DNA from: Candidatus Delongbacteria bacterium
GTDB lineage: Bacteria; UBA4055
NCBI GenBank assembly: GCA_016937995.1
Contig: JAFGVM010000071.1
Coordinates: 1-40,302, forward strand
Length of the DNA stretch: 40,302 nucleotides
Direction: 5' to 3'
The notes below the pieces were generated by a model. It ran no database searches. It was not told the origin of the DNA and worked only from the letters and a program-made list of their open reading frames with translations. A program made the translations under genes and the position numbers. Shown piece by piece: positions 8,488 to 17,890 of the stretch (position 1 is its first letter; each line of letters opens with the position of its first letter).

Positions 8488-9252
8488 TTATTCCGTTTCG
8501 TTCTCAATTTCTTTATCTTCAGATTTCATTTTTTCGATAATACTGCCCACTACTCCAGAGAGAACAAAAAATAACATCAGCGGGAATAGCAATGACATTT
8601 TAAACTTTACTACTACGAATATGAGCAGAATAACACTCAGTATCTTAAGGTTTCTTTTTATAAAATTCTCTTTTCTTTTGAACATTATAGGAAAACCCTG
8701 ATATTTTATCCGGGATATCATAAGATATGATACAATGATAGATGTTGCTGTCAACCATTTAAAGTGCTTGAGAGAGCCGTAAGTCTCAAATTCAAAAAGA
8801 ACGAAAGAGATTATTGTCATTGCTGCCGCTGGTGACGGTAACCCTGAGAAGAATTTTTTGGAATGTCCGACCAATTCAGTATTGAATCTTGCAAGTCGTA
8901 TTCCAGTGAACATCAAAGGCAGAAAGGAAAAGAATATTATCAGATGCTTTAGATCTTCCAGTCCTGGATATTTGTCAATATATACATTCTTGTACAGACT
9001 GTACATGAGTATAGAAGGAGCCATTCCGAAAGTAATTATATCAGCAAGTGAATCGAATTCAACTCCAAAATCAGATGTACTTTTTACAAGTCTTGCAACT
9101 TTGCCGTCCAATGCATCGCATACACCTCCGAGAAGAACAAAATAAGCACCCCATATGTAATTCCCTTCTATAGAGGATAATACAGACCAGAAACCGAAGA
9201 ACATATTCCCTATCGTCAGAGAATTTGGAAAGATTGACATCCTTCTACCCAT
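8488..9252 (-). CDS. pssA: CDP-diacylglycerol--serine O-phosphatidyltransferase
   Basis: PNSLT, DALDGKVAR...GVEFDSLAD CDP-alcohol phosphotransferase motif, RLARFN, FSGLPSP; adjacent to psd. Confidence 0.93.
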   Translation of the reverse strand: MGRRMSIFPNSLTIGNMFFGFWSVLSSIEGNYIWGAYFVLLGGVCDALDGKVARLVKSTSDFGVEFDSLADIITFGMAPSILMYSLYKNVYIDKYPGLEDLKHLIIFFSFLPLMFTGIRLARFNTELVGHSKKFFSGLPSPAAAMTIISFVLFEFETYGSLKHFKWLTATSIIVSYLMISRIKYQGFPIMFKRKENFIKRNLKILSVILLIFVVVKFKMSLLFPLMLFFVLSGVVGSIIEKMKSEDKEIENETE

Positions 9253-9260
9253 TTTTACTC

Positions 9261-9944
9261 CTAGTTAAAAAATTCTCCGATCACGGTCTCACCTGCTTTA
9301 ACTTTATCACCGACCTTTACCTTTATATCTGTCTCGTCAGGTAAAATTATATCAACCCTTGAACCGAATTTTATCAGACCCAGCTTTTGAGCCTGTTCAA
9401 CTTCATCGCCTACATCAGCATAACATACTATTCTCTGGGCTATCAGACCGGCTATCTGCTTAACAGTAACGTGATTACCGTTCGCATTTATACCGACAAT
9501 GGCCTGTTCATTATATTCACTCGCCTTATCGTTCCAGGCAGCCATGAATTTACCTTTTTTATAGTTCACATATTCAACTTTACCTTTAACCGGATACCTG
9601 TTTACATGAACATTGAAAACACTCATAAAAATGGATACTATCTGAGATTCCTCCATCCTGTACTCTTCATCCAGGTATTTGTCGACCTTGATCACTTTAC
9701 CGTCAGCCGGAGCGATAATTGCCCTGTCATTTTCATCCTCCATTTCAGGATATCTTTCAGGATCTCTGAAAAACCAGAAAGAAAAGAAAAATACAATTAC
9801 AAAGAAACCCAGAACTACCATCATCAGGTAGGATAGGTATTCATGATAATACATCTGAACGTATAGCACAACTCCTATGATAAGAACTATCCAGAGGATC
9901 TTTCTTATCACCTTACCACTTCCGTTTGCAAGTTTGAAAGCCAT
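9261..9944 (-). CDS. psd: Phosphatidylserine decarboxylase proenzyme (short type)
   Basis: FFRDPER, APADG, IFMSVFNVHVNR, FGSRVD self-cleavage motif. Confidence 0.94.
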   Translation of the reverse strand: MAFKLANGSGKVIRKILWIVLIIGVVLYVQMYYHEYLSYLMMVVLGFFVIVFFFSFWFFRDPERYPEMEDENDRAIIAPADGKVIKVDKYLDEEYRMEESQIVSIFMSVFNVHVNRYPVKGKVEYVNYKKGKFMAAWNDKASEYNEQAIVGINANGNHVTVKQIAGLIAQRIVCYADVGDEVEQAQKLGLIKFGSRVDIILPDETDIKVKVGDKVKAGETVIGEFFN

Positions 9945-9963
9945 ACTGTCTCCCTATATAAAT

Positions 9964-11112
9964 TTATTTTTTGAATGCTTCAAGTATCATTACAAGCTTT
10001 TTATACTTTGAATCTCTCAGAACAATGAACTCGACCCTGTCACCTACTTTGTAATCTTTAGCTTCAAGTAGAGCTTTGCCCATGTCATAGTAGTTATTTA
10101 TCTTAACATTTTCTACTGCTATAATAACGTCACCTATTTCAAAACCAGCTTTTTCAGCAGGACTGTCTGCCTGGATCTTTTCAACAAGTACTCCGTTTGG
10201 TTTTTTATCATCAGTGACCTGATCCGGTAAATCTGCAAGTTTAAATCCGAAATAAATATTTCTGTTGATCTCACCACTCTCTATCAGTGTATTTGCAATA
10301 CTTATGACCTTGTTGATCGGTATAGCAAAACCTATTCCAATGCTGCCTCCACCTTCTTTTGAGTAGATCATTGTGTTCATACCGACAACCTCACCCTCAG
10401 AGTTGACCAGAGGACCCCCGCTGTTACCGGGATTGATCGAAGCATCTGTCTGTATCATATTTTCATAAAAGTGTCTGTCCTTTGCACTGAAACCGAAATT
10501 AATATCAACACCTGATATCACACCAACAGTTATCAATGGATTGTTAACATATTCAAATAGACCATATGGATTCCCGAAAGCGATAACCCACTCACCTCTT
10601 ATCAGTTCTTCATCCGACATTTTTGCAAATTTATGTTCTTCAACGTCTATTTTAAGAACTGCGATATCACTTCTTTCATCAAATCCAACTATTTTAGCCT
10701 GATACTCTTTACCTTCAGTTGTTGTAATTATGATCTGCTTTGCATCTGTAATGACATGATTGTTCGTTATTATGTATCCGTCCGGAGAATAAATAAAACC
10801 ACTTCCTGCACTTGGAATAGCCTTATTTCTGTACTGTGGTGGAAAAAAATTTGAAAAGAAAGGGTCATTGTCAAAAACTGTCTTCACTTTTTGTTTTTTT
10901 ACTTTAACTACATTGATACCGACAACAGACGGACTTACTTCTTTGACAGCTTTAGTAATCGCATTTTCTCTGGAAACATTTATTTCCTGAGATCCATGTG
11001 TAACTACCGGTTGAACTTTTTCCACCCCATCACGGTGAGAATAAAAATAAAAGATCAGTAAGATCAGTGAACCGGTTATTAAACCCGATATGAATGTTCT
11101 TAGATTATCCAT
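9964..11112 (-). CDS. htrA: HtrA/DegP-family serine protease with a single PDZ domain
   Basis: N-terminal anchor; TNNHV, DIAVLK, TDASINPGNSGGPL; C-terminal PDZ (SPAEKAG..GDVI). Confidence 0.92.
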   Translation of the reverse strand: MDNLRTFISGLITGSLILLIFYFYSHRDGVEKVQPVVTHGSQEINVSRENAITKAVKEVSPSVVGINVVKVKKQKVKTVFDNDPFFSNFFPPQYRNKAIPSAGSGFIYSPDGYIITNNHVITDAKQIIITTTEGKEYQAKIVGFDERSDIAVLKIDVEEHKFAKMSDEELIRGEWVIAFGNPYGLFEYVNNPLITVGVISGVDINFGFSAKDRHFYENMIQTDASINPGNSGGPLVNSEGEVVGMNTMIYSKEGGGSIGIGFAIPINKVISIANTLIESGEINRNIYFGFKLADLPDQVTDDKKPNGVLVEKIQADSPAEKAGFEIGDVIIAVENVKINNYYDMGKALLEAKDYKVGDRVEFIVLRDSKYKKLVMILEAFKK

Positions 11113-11208
11113 TTGTTAAACCAAATCTTCCCTGTTCCAAAGTTATAATATTAAATTATGCCTAAATATAATCCTTTATATAGAAGAAAACAATAATAAT
11201 GTTGACTC

Positions 11209-12834
11209 TTAGTTTTTTTGATCTTTGCAGTCAAGGTAATGTTGATATCCACCATCATAGATCTTTATCAGACCATGATCAACTTCAAAAACTCGATTGA
11301 CAAGTTCTTTTAGAAAATATCTGTCATGACTTACAAGTAAAATTGTTCCCTGATATTGCTTCAAGGCATCTAACAGTATTACCCTGGATTTAATATCAAG
11401 ATGATTCGTAGGCTCATCAAGGATCAGACAATTGTGCGGTGTTGAAAGAAGATACGCTAATATTACACGGGCTTTTTCTCCTCCGGAAAGGTACTTTATT
11501 TTTTTATATACTTCATCTCCTCTGAATAAAAAAGATGCTAAAAGATTTCTTACGGACGGTTCTGTCATTTGCTGTAGCTTAGACTGAACTTCTTCAAGTA
11601 CCGTAGCTTCAGAATTCAAATGTTCTAGTGTGGTTTGACCAAAATAACCTATTGAAATACTCGGCCCGATAATGGCTTCACCCTCTGTCATTTTTACCTG
11701 ATGACTGATAACTCTTAAGAAAGTTGACTTTCCGGCTCCGTTCACACCCACTACCGCGATCTTATTTTGCCTTTCAACCATTGCTGTAAGTCCGGAAAAT
11801 ACCTTCTTTTCACTTCCATCTGAATTTTGCCAGCTCTTTCCAAGATCTTTTATAGAAATAACATCATTCCCTCCTCTTGGTATTTCGGCTAATTCAATAT
11901 TGATCTCGTTCTCGTCAGGAACAAGCTCGACCTTCTCTATCTTGTCAATTTTCTTGACCCTGGACTGTACCTGAGCTGCATGACTTGCTCTTGCTTTGAA
12001 CCTTGCGATAAACTCTTCCTCTTTTTTTAACATACTCTGCTGACGTGAGAATTTGGCGGCATTGTTTCGGATCAATATTTCTTTCTCCCTCTCATAAAAA
12101 TTATAATCACCTGAAAAAGTTGTCACCTTTCCATTTGAAACTTCAATTATCTTTTTTACGACCCTGTTCATAAATTCACGGTCATGAGTTGTTAAGAGAA
12201 AAGCTCCTTTGAACTTGACCAACCACTCTTCAAGCCAGATTATAGTTTCCATATCAAGATAATTTGTAGGCTCATCCATCAATATGAGATCAGGGTTCAT
12301 GATAAGAACTTTTGCAAGAGCAATACGCATTTTCCAGCCACTGGAAAAATCTTCTACAGGTTTGCTATGATCTTCAGGAAAAATACCGAGACCCGTAAGT
12401 ATTTCCTGTGCATTGGATTCTATTTCATAACCTCCGATTGCTTCATATTCCACCTGATCATCACCCATTTTTTCTAAAATAGTATCCATTTCACTCTGAT
12501 CCAGTTCAAGATCGGAGAGTCTTGTATGATATTCGTGCAATCTCTCTGAGAGTATGCTGATCCTTTCATTTCCTGAAATAACCTCATCAAGTGCACTTCT
12601 TCCTGACATTTCCTCCACATTTTGAGAAAAATAAGCGATCCTCGTATTATTTTGAATACTTATTGTTCCCTCATCAGGTTTCAATTCACCTACAATAAGT
12701 CTGAAAAAAGTTGTTTTGCCGGTTCCGTTCGGTCCCACCAGACCGATCTTTTCTCCCTGATTTATTTGAAAACTTGCACCGGTATATAATGGAACTCCAC
12801 TCATATTTTTCGTTATATTTGATAAGCTAATCAT
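11209..12834 (-). CDS. ABC-F family ATP-binding protein
   Basis: Two NBDs (GPNGTGKTT, GVNGAGKST), DEPTNYLD and DEPTNHLD, inter-ABC linker FIARFKARASHAAQVQSR, no TM. Confidence 0.93.
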   Translation of the reverse strand: MISLSNITKNMSGVPLYTGASFQINQGEKIGLVGPNGTGKTTFFRLIVGELKPDEGTISIQNNTRIAYFSQNVEEMSGRSALDEVISGNERISILSERLHEYHTRLSDLELDQSEMDTILEKMGDDQVEYEAIGGYEIESNAQEILTGLGIFPEDHSKPVEDFSSGWKMRIALAKVLIMNPDLILMDEPTNYLDMETIIWLEEWLVKFKGAFLLTTHDREFMNRVVKKIIEVSNGKVTTFSGDYNFYEREKEILIRNNAAKFSRQQSMLKKEEEFIARFKARASHAAQVQSRVKKIDKIEKVELVPDENEINIELAEIPRGGNDVISIKDLGKSWQNSDGSEKKVFSGLTAMVERQNKIAVVGVNGAGKSTFLRVISHQVKMTEGEAIIGPSISIGYFGQTTLEHLNSEATVLEEVQSKLQQMTEPSVRNLLASFLFRGDEVYKKIKYLSGGEKARVILAYLLSTPHNCLILDEPTNHLDIKSRVILLDALKQYQGTILLVSHDRYFLKELVNRVFEVDHGLIKIYDGGYQHYLDCKDQKN

Positions 12835-12998
12835 GCTTTCTCCTATGATTTTGTAAAGAGGCGCTAATTTAACGAATAAATTCTCGATTTCATACTATTT
12901 TTAAATTATTATTTGTTTTTTTCATTATAAAAAAAATTGAATTTAACCAATAAATGCAATATCTTCCCTCTTTAAATAATATCAACAGGAGAGAAGAT

Positions 12999-14996
12999 AT
13001 GATCAATGAATTCCAGAAAGAGATCATGGAAGGAATACCGAAAGTACTTCCTGAATTGAAACAATATGATCCTAATATCAACCATGCACCAAAAAGAAAA
13101 GATATTTTATCCTTGGCTGAGAAAAAATTAGCCATAAAAAATGCTTTGAGATATTTTGACAAGGAACATCATTCAGTTCTTGCTAAAGAATTTGCTGAAG
13201 AATTAAAACTATATGGTCGTATTTACATGTACCGTTTCAGACCAAGTTACAAAATAACAGCCAGATCTATAGAAGAATTCCCGCATAAAAGTAAACAGGC
13301 TGCTGCTATAATGCTTATGATATCGAACAATCTTGATCATGCAGTAGCTCAGCATCCTCACGAACTTATTACTTACGGCGGAAATGGAGCTGTTTTTCAA
13401 AACTGGGCTCAGTATAGATTAACTATGAAATATCTTTCTGAAATGACAGATAAGCAGACGCTGGTCATGTATTCTGGTCATCCAATGGGTCTCTTTCCTT
13501 CTCATAAAGATGCACCGAGAGTTGTTGTAACAAATGGAATGGTCATCCCGAATTACTCAAAACCTGATGACTGGGAAAAATTCAATGCACTTGGTGTTTC
13601 TCAGTATGGTCAAATGACAGCTGGTTCATTCATGTATATCGGACCTCAGGGAATAGTTCACGGTACAACAATAACTGTACTTAATGCAGGCAGAAAGATA
13701 GGCAAGGATGGTCTTGGCGGTAAATTATTCGTTACTTCCGGTCTTGGTGGAATGTCTGGTGCTCAGGCCAAAGCAGCTGTCATAGCCGGAGCTATCGGAG
13801 TAATTGCAGAGATAAACCCTAAAGCTGTCCATACGAGACATTCTCAGGGATGGGTCGATGAGGTTTATGAAGATCTTGATGAACTGTTAGAAAGGATCAG
13901 AAAAGCGAAAGCGAACAAAGAAGCGGTTTCTTTAGCATATCAGGGAAATATCGTTGATCTATGGGAAATATTCGTTGAAAAAAATATTTTTGTTGAGATA
14001 GGTTCAGACCAGACTTCGCTTCATAATCCCTGGGCAGGTGGTTATTATCCTGTTGGTCAAAGCTATGAAGATTCAGTTATAATGATGGCTGAAAAACCTG
14101 AGTTGTTCAAAGAAAAAGTTCAGGCATCTCTAAGAAGACACGTTTCAGCTGTAAATGCTTTGACTGCTAAAGGTATGTATTTCTTTGATTATGGCAATGC
14201 TTTCCTTCTTGAATCAAGCAGAGCCGGTGCTGATATAATGAAAGAAGATGGAAATTTTAAATACCCTTCCTATGTGCAGGATATTATGGGGCCAATGTGC
14301 TTTGATTTCGGTTTTGGTCCTTTCAGATGGGTCTGTACTTCATCTGATCCTGAAGATCTGTTGAAAAGTGACAAGATAGCAATAGAAGTTCTCGAAGAAA
14401 TGGCAAAAACATCCCCCGCTGAGATCACTCAGCAGATGCAGGATAATATCAAATGGATAAAAGGTGCTCAGGAGAACAAGCTTGTTGTTGGTTCACAGGC
14501 AAGGATCCTTTATGCTGATGCAGAAGGTAGAATAAAGATCGCCAAGGCTTTTAACAAAGCTATAAAAGAAGGATATATTACTGCTCCTATCGTACTTGGC
14601 AGAGATCACCATGATGTTTCAGGAACTGATTCTCCTTACAGAGAAACTTCCAATATATATGACGGTTCGTCTTTTACAGCAGATATGGCTATTCAGAACG
14701 TTATCGGAGATTCATTCAGGGGTGCTACCTGGGTCTCTATCCACAACGGTGGAGGTGTCGGCTGGGGTGAAGTTATTAATGGAGGTTTTGGAATGCTGCT
14801 TGATGGTACTCCTCAGTCAGACATAAGGCTTAAGTCAATGCTATTCTGGGATGTGAACAACGGTATCAGCAGAAGAAGCTGGGCCAGAAATGAAGGGGCA
14901 GTTTTCGCTATAAAAAGAGCAATGGAAGCTAATCCTGATCTTAAAGTTACCCTCCCGAACATTGCAGATGATGAATTGATCGATGGTTTGTTTTAA
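12999..14996 (+). CDS. hutU: Urocanate hydratase, long form (about 665 aa)
   Basis: Start moved to ATG 12999 after AGGAG; GQMTAGS, YIGPQGIVHGT, SDQTSLHN, GRDHHDVSGTDSP, HNGGGVGWG. Confidence 0.95.
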   Translation: MINEFQKEIMEGIPKVLPELKQYDPNINHAPKRKDILSLAEKKLAIKNALRYFDKEHHSVLAKEFAEELKLYGRIYMYRFRPSYKITARSIEEFPHKSKQAAAIMLMISNNLDHAVAQHPHELITYGGNGAVFQNWAQYRLTMKYLSEMTDKQTLVMYSGHPMGLFPSHKDAPRVVVTNGMVIPNYSKPDDWEKFNALGVSQYGQMTAGSFMYIGPQGIVHGTTITVLNAGRKIGKDGLGGKLFVTSGLGGMSGAQAKAAVIAGAIGVIAEINPKAVHTRHSQGWVDEVYEDLDELLERIRKAKANKEAVSLAYQGNIVDLWEIFVEKNIFVEIGSDQTSLHNPWAGGYYPVGQSYEDSVIMMAEKPELFKEKVQASLRRHVSAVNALTAKGMYFFDYGNAFLLESSRAGADIMKEDGNFKYPSYVQDIMGPMCFDFGFGPFRWVCTSSDPEDLLKSDKIAIEVLEEMAKTSPAEITQQMQDNIKWIKGAQENKLVVGSQARILYADAEGRIKIAKAFNKAIKEGYITAPIVLGRDHHDVSGTDSPYRETSNIYDGSSFTADMAIQNVIGDSFRGATWVSIHNGGGVGWGEVINGGFGMLLDGTPQSDIRLKSMLFWDVNNGISRRSWARNEGAVFAIKRAMEANPDLKVTLPNIADDELIDGLF

Positions 14997-16171
14997 TGAA
15001 AAATAAATGTAATTTTGATAAAGGGATCGACCGTAGAAACACAAATTGTATCAAATGGGATATCAACCATTTGATCTTCGGAGAAAAAGATGTTCTTCCG
15101 ATGTGGGTCGCAGATATGGACTTTGAAGCCCCTCCAAAAGTTATAGAAGCTTTGATCGACAGAGCTAAACATGGTGCCTACGGATATACACTTCATCCCA
15201 GGAGTCTTAAAGAAGCTATCACTGACTGGGAATTCAGACGACACAACTTGAAGATCCAAAGCGACTGGATATCATTTTCTCCCGGGATCGTTCCTGCTGT
15301 TAATTTCTTCGTGGACTGTTTTACAAAAGAAGGTGATGGAATTATAATTCAGACACCTGTCTATTATCCGTTCATATATGCCTGTGACAGGAACAACAGA
15401 AAACTTGTAAATAATCAGCTTATCCAAACTAAAAATGGGTATGAGATCAACTTTGATCAGTTAGAGGATCAATTATCTGATCCGGATACTAAAATGATGA
15501 TAATTTCAAGCCCTCACAATCCTGTTGGAAAAGTTTTCACTGCAGATGAACTTACTAAGATGGCTGAATTCTGTGCTGATAACGGTGTTATCCTTATTTC
15601 AGACGAGATACATCAGGATATTATTTTCAGTGGAAATGAACATATATGTACTTCCTCGCTGTCAGAGAAAATTGCTCAGAATACGATAACCTGTGTAGCT
15701 CCAAGTAAAACATTTAATCTTGCAGGTCTCGGTTTTTCTGCATTGATCATTCCTGATGAGGAAAAAAGGAATAAATTTCAGAAATACATGGATGCAAAAG
15801 GTATTCATGGATCGAACCTTTTTGGCATAATTGCCGGAGAAGCTGCTTACAGACACGGAAATGACTGGCTGAACGAGCTTCTGATCTACCTTGAAGGTAA
15901 TATTGATTATATGGAGAATTTTTTCAAAGAACATCTACCTAAGATAAAAATGCAACGGCCTCAGTCAACTTATCTTGCCTGGCTGAATTTCAGGGAGTAT
16001 GGTTATTCTCAGAAAGAACTTGTCGATAAAATGGTCAAAGAAGCAAAGCTTGGTCTAAACGATGGTTCAGCCTTCGGAGCCGGTGGAGAAGGTTTTATGA
16101 GACTTAACTTTGCCTGCCCACGGTCAACAATAGAAGAAGCTATGAAGAGAATGAAAACTGTGTTTTCATAG
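14996..16171 (+). CDS. patB: MalY/PatB-family PLP-dependent C-S lyase / aminotransferase
   Basis: PMWVADMDF, SPHNPVG, ISDEIHQD, APSKTFNLAG (PLP Lys); TAATG overlap with hutU. Confidence 0.9.
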   Translation: MKNKCNFDKGIDRRNTNCIKWDINHLIFGEKDVLPMWVADMDFEAPPKVIEALIDRAKHGAYGYTLHPRSLKEAITDWEFRRHNLKIQSDWISFSPGIVPAVNFFVDCFTKEGDGIIIQTPVYYPFIYACDRNNRKLVNNQLIQTKNGYEINFDQLEDQLSDPDTKMMIISSPHNPVGKVFTADELTKMAEFCADNGVILISDEIHQDIIFSGNEHICTSSLSEKIAQNTITCVAPSKTFNLAGLGFSALIIPDEEKRNKFQKYMDAKGIHGSNLFGIIAGEAAYRHGNDWLNELLIYLEGNIDYMENFFKEHLPKIKMQRPQSTYLAWLNFREYGYSQKELVDKMVKEAKLGLNDGSAFGAGGEGFMRLNFACPRSTIEEAMKRMKTVFS

Positions 16172-16200
16172 TGGTCAGTGGACAGTGATCAGTGGTCAGT
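16170..16200 (+). repeat. Heptamer tandem repeat AGTG(G/A)(T/A)C x4 after the patB stop
   Basis: AGTGGTC AGTGGAC AGTGATC AGTGGTC AGT, starting within the TAG. Confidence 0.85.
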
Positions 16201-16206
16201 ACTTAA

Positions 16207-16434
16207 CTACTCGTCATCCGGGCGCATTGTGTATCCTTTTTTCGCCATCTTGATAGCTTCCATCAATTCATTTATTATCTTTATACATTTATCATTTTTA
16301 TAGAAACCACAAGTAAAATCACCTATGTACAAAGTACTGTGACCTGGAATATTGGGATGATTTTTATAACTGACAATATCCCCACCTTTCAATAAATAAA
16401 TACTTTCACCTCTACTGTTCATGATCGCAAACAT
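16207..16434 (-). CDS. Small hypothetical protein (75 aa)
   Basis: AAAGGAGG RBS 4 nt before ATG; own consensus promoter; fills the intergenic gap. Confidence 0.75.
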   Translation of the reverse strand: MFAIMNSRGESIYLLKGGDIVSYKNHPNIPGHSTLYIGDFTCGFYKNDKCIKIINELMEAIKMAKKGYTMRPDDE

Positions 16435-16486
16435 AGTACCTCCTTTGTCATATTTATCTAATAGCTATTTTCTAACTTATGTATTT

Positions 16487-16515
16487 ATTTTAATAAAATT
16501 CAGTTAATTTTGCAA
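16487..16515 (-). promoter_or_regulatory. Promoter of the 75-aa ORF
   Basis: Minus strand TTGCAA-17 nt-TAAAAT. Confidence 0.65.
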
Positions 16516-16519
16516 GAAT

Positions 16520-16547
16520 AAAAAAAGGCGTATATCCATACGCCTTT
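16520..16547 (-). terminator. Terminator of the M18 peptidase gene
   Basis: Minus strand AAAGGCGTAT-GGAT-ATACGCC-TTTTTTT. Confidence 0.85.
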
Positions 16548-16550
16548 ACA

Positions 16551-16583
16551 ACTGACCGGTGTTCACTGTCCACTGGTCACTGG
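16551..16583 (-). repeat. Heptamer tandem repeat after the M18 peptidase stop
   Basis: Sense strand CCAGTGA CCAGTGG ACAGTGA ACACCGG TCAGT, between stop and terminator. Confidence 0.8.
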
Positions 16584-16592
16584 AAAGGATTT

Positions 16593-17876
16593 TTAGTACT
16601 CTAAAAATCCTTTCATAGCTTCGATCATGTACATATGATCATCTACTCCGCAAGTCTCTCTGGTGGAATGCATTGCCCACAAAGCATTTCCAACATCAAC
16701 AGTCCTGATGCCGATATTTGTTGCTATCATTGAACCGATCGTTCCTCCGCCTCTTACATCAGACCTGTTCACAAATTTCTGATATGGTATCTTTTTCTTC
16801 TTGCATATCATCTCAAATACTGAAGATGATTCTGCAGTTGTTGCATATCTTGTATTCGCATTGATCTTTATCACCGGACCTTTGTTTATATAAACTGTGT
16901 TCTTATCATCGAACTTTCCACCGTAGTTAGGATGAAAAGCATGTGCTCCGTCAGCGCTCATGTAATATGATACTGAAATCGCTCTGAAATAATCCTCTCT
17001 ACTGCCTGAAAGCCTTTCAAGAATATCTGCTGTCAATGATGAATTCCCGCCGTTTGTGGTCGAAGAACCCACTTCCTCATTGTCATATAATGCAATGATC
17101 TGGGTACTGTCTGATGTTTTAGCATCAAGAATTGCTTTAATAGACGCATGTACCATAGATTTATTATCAATATTCCTGTTACTTATGAACTCATCGTTCA
17201 TACCTGATATCACCCCTTTCTGAACAGGATAGATCTCCATATCATAATTTACGATTTCAGAACCTTTTACTTTTAACTTTTTTGCGATCTGTTCTTTCAT
17301 CCATTCATCGGTCAGTTTTTCTTCACTAAGACCGATAACAGGGACTAAATGATCCTGCGGGTTTATATTGTAAGCTTTATTAACATCACTGTTATAATGG
17401 ATCGCAAGTTGCGGAATATTGAAGATCAAATTGTCCAGTTCAACAAGTTTTATCTCATAACCTGATCCCTTTTTGATAACCACTCTTCCAGCAAGAGAAA
17501 GGTCCTTATCCATCCAGCTGGCAAATATCGGCCCTCCGTAGATCTCTGTTGCAAGTTGAACACAACCTCCTTTTGTGTAAAGAGAGTTGGGTTTAAGTTT
17601 GATCGCCGGTGAATCAGTATGTGATCCGATCATTCTAAAACCTGCAACATTAGGTTTCTTCTTCCCTATTATACCTGCTATCAAAGAAGTATTATGTCTG
17701 ACAATGTAAAATTTATCACCTGCTTTTAGATTCCACTTTTGAGATTCTTCAAGTTTTTTATATCCTGCCTTCTTTAGAATCTTTTCTGATTCAACCACAC
17801 AGTGCGAACTTGTTGGTGAATTATCGATGAAACTATTCAGATCTTTTGCGATCTCCAGCATCTCTTTATTATTCAT
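16593..17876 (-). CDS. M18 family aspartyl aminopeptidase
   Basis: GSHTDSP, QLAIH, IDNK, DNEEVGS, SADGAHAFHPNY, AMHSTRE. Confidence 0.93.
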   Translation of the reverse strand: MNNKEMLEIAKDLNSFIDNSPTSSHCVVESEKILKKAGYKKLEESQKWNLKAGDKFYIVRHNTSLIAGIIGKKKPNVAGFRMIGSHTDSPAIKLKPNSLYTKGGCVQLATEIYGGPIFASWMDKDLSLAGRVVIKKGSGYEIKLVELDNLIFNIPQLAIHYNSDVNKAYNINPQDHLVPVIGLSEEKLTDEWMKEQIAKKLKVKGSEIVNYDMEIYPVQKGVISGMNDEFISNRNIDNKSMVHASIKAILDAKTSDSTQIIALYDNEEVGSSTTNGGNSSLTADILERLSGSREDYFRAISVSYYMSADGAHAFHPNYGGKFDDKNTVYINKGPVIKINANTRYATTAESSSVFEMICKKKKIPYQKFVNRSDVRGGGTIGSMIATNIGIRTVDVGNALWAMHSTRETCGVDDHMYMIEAMKGFLEY

Positions 17877-17890
17877 TACTCTTCCTATTA

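Noticed and set aside
11209-12834. ABC-F as an antibiotic-resistance (ARE) gene
   Set aside because: Subfamily cannot be assigned by eye; no leader peptide or mobile context seen, so a housekeeping ABC-F is more likely
16170-16583. Heptamer arrays as a CRISPR array or IS terminal inverted repeats
   Set aside because: Units are 7 bp with no spacers; no cas or transposase gene; the inverted orientation is explained by each array following the stop of a convergent gene
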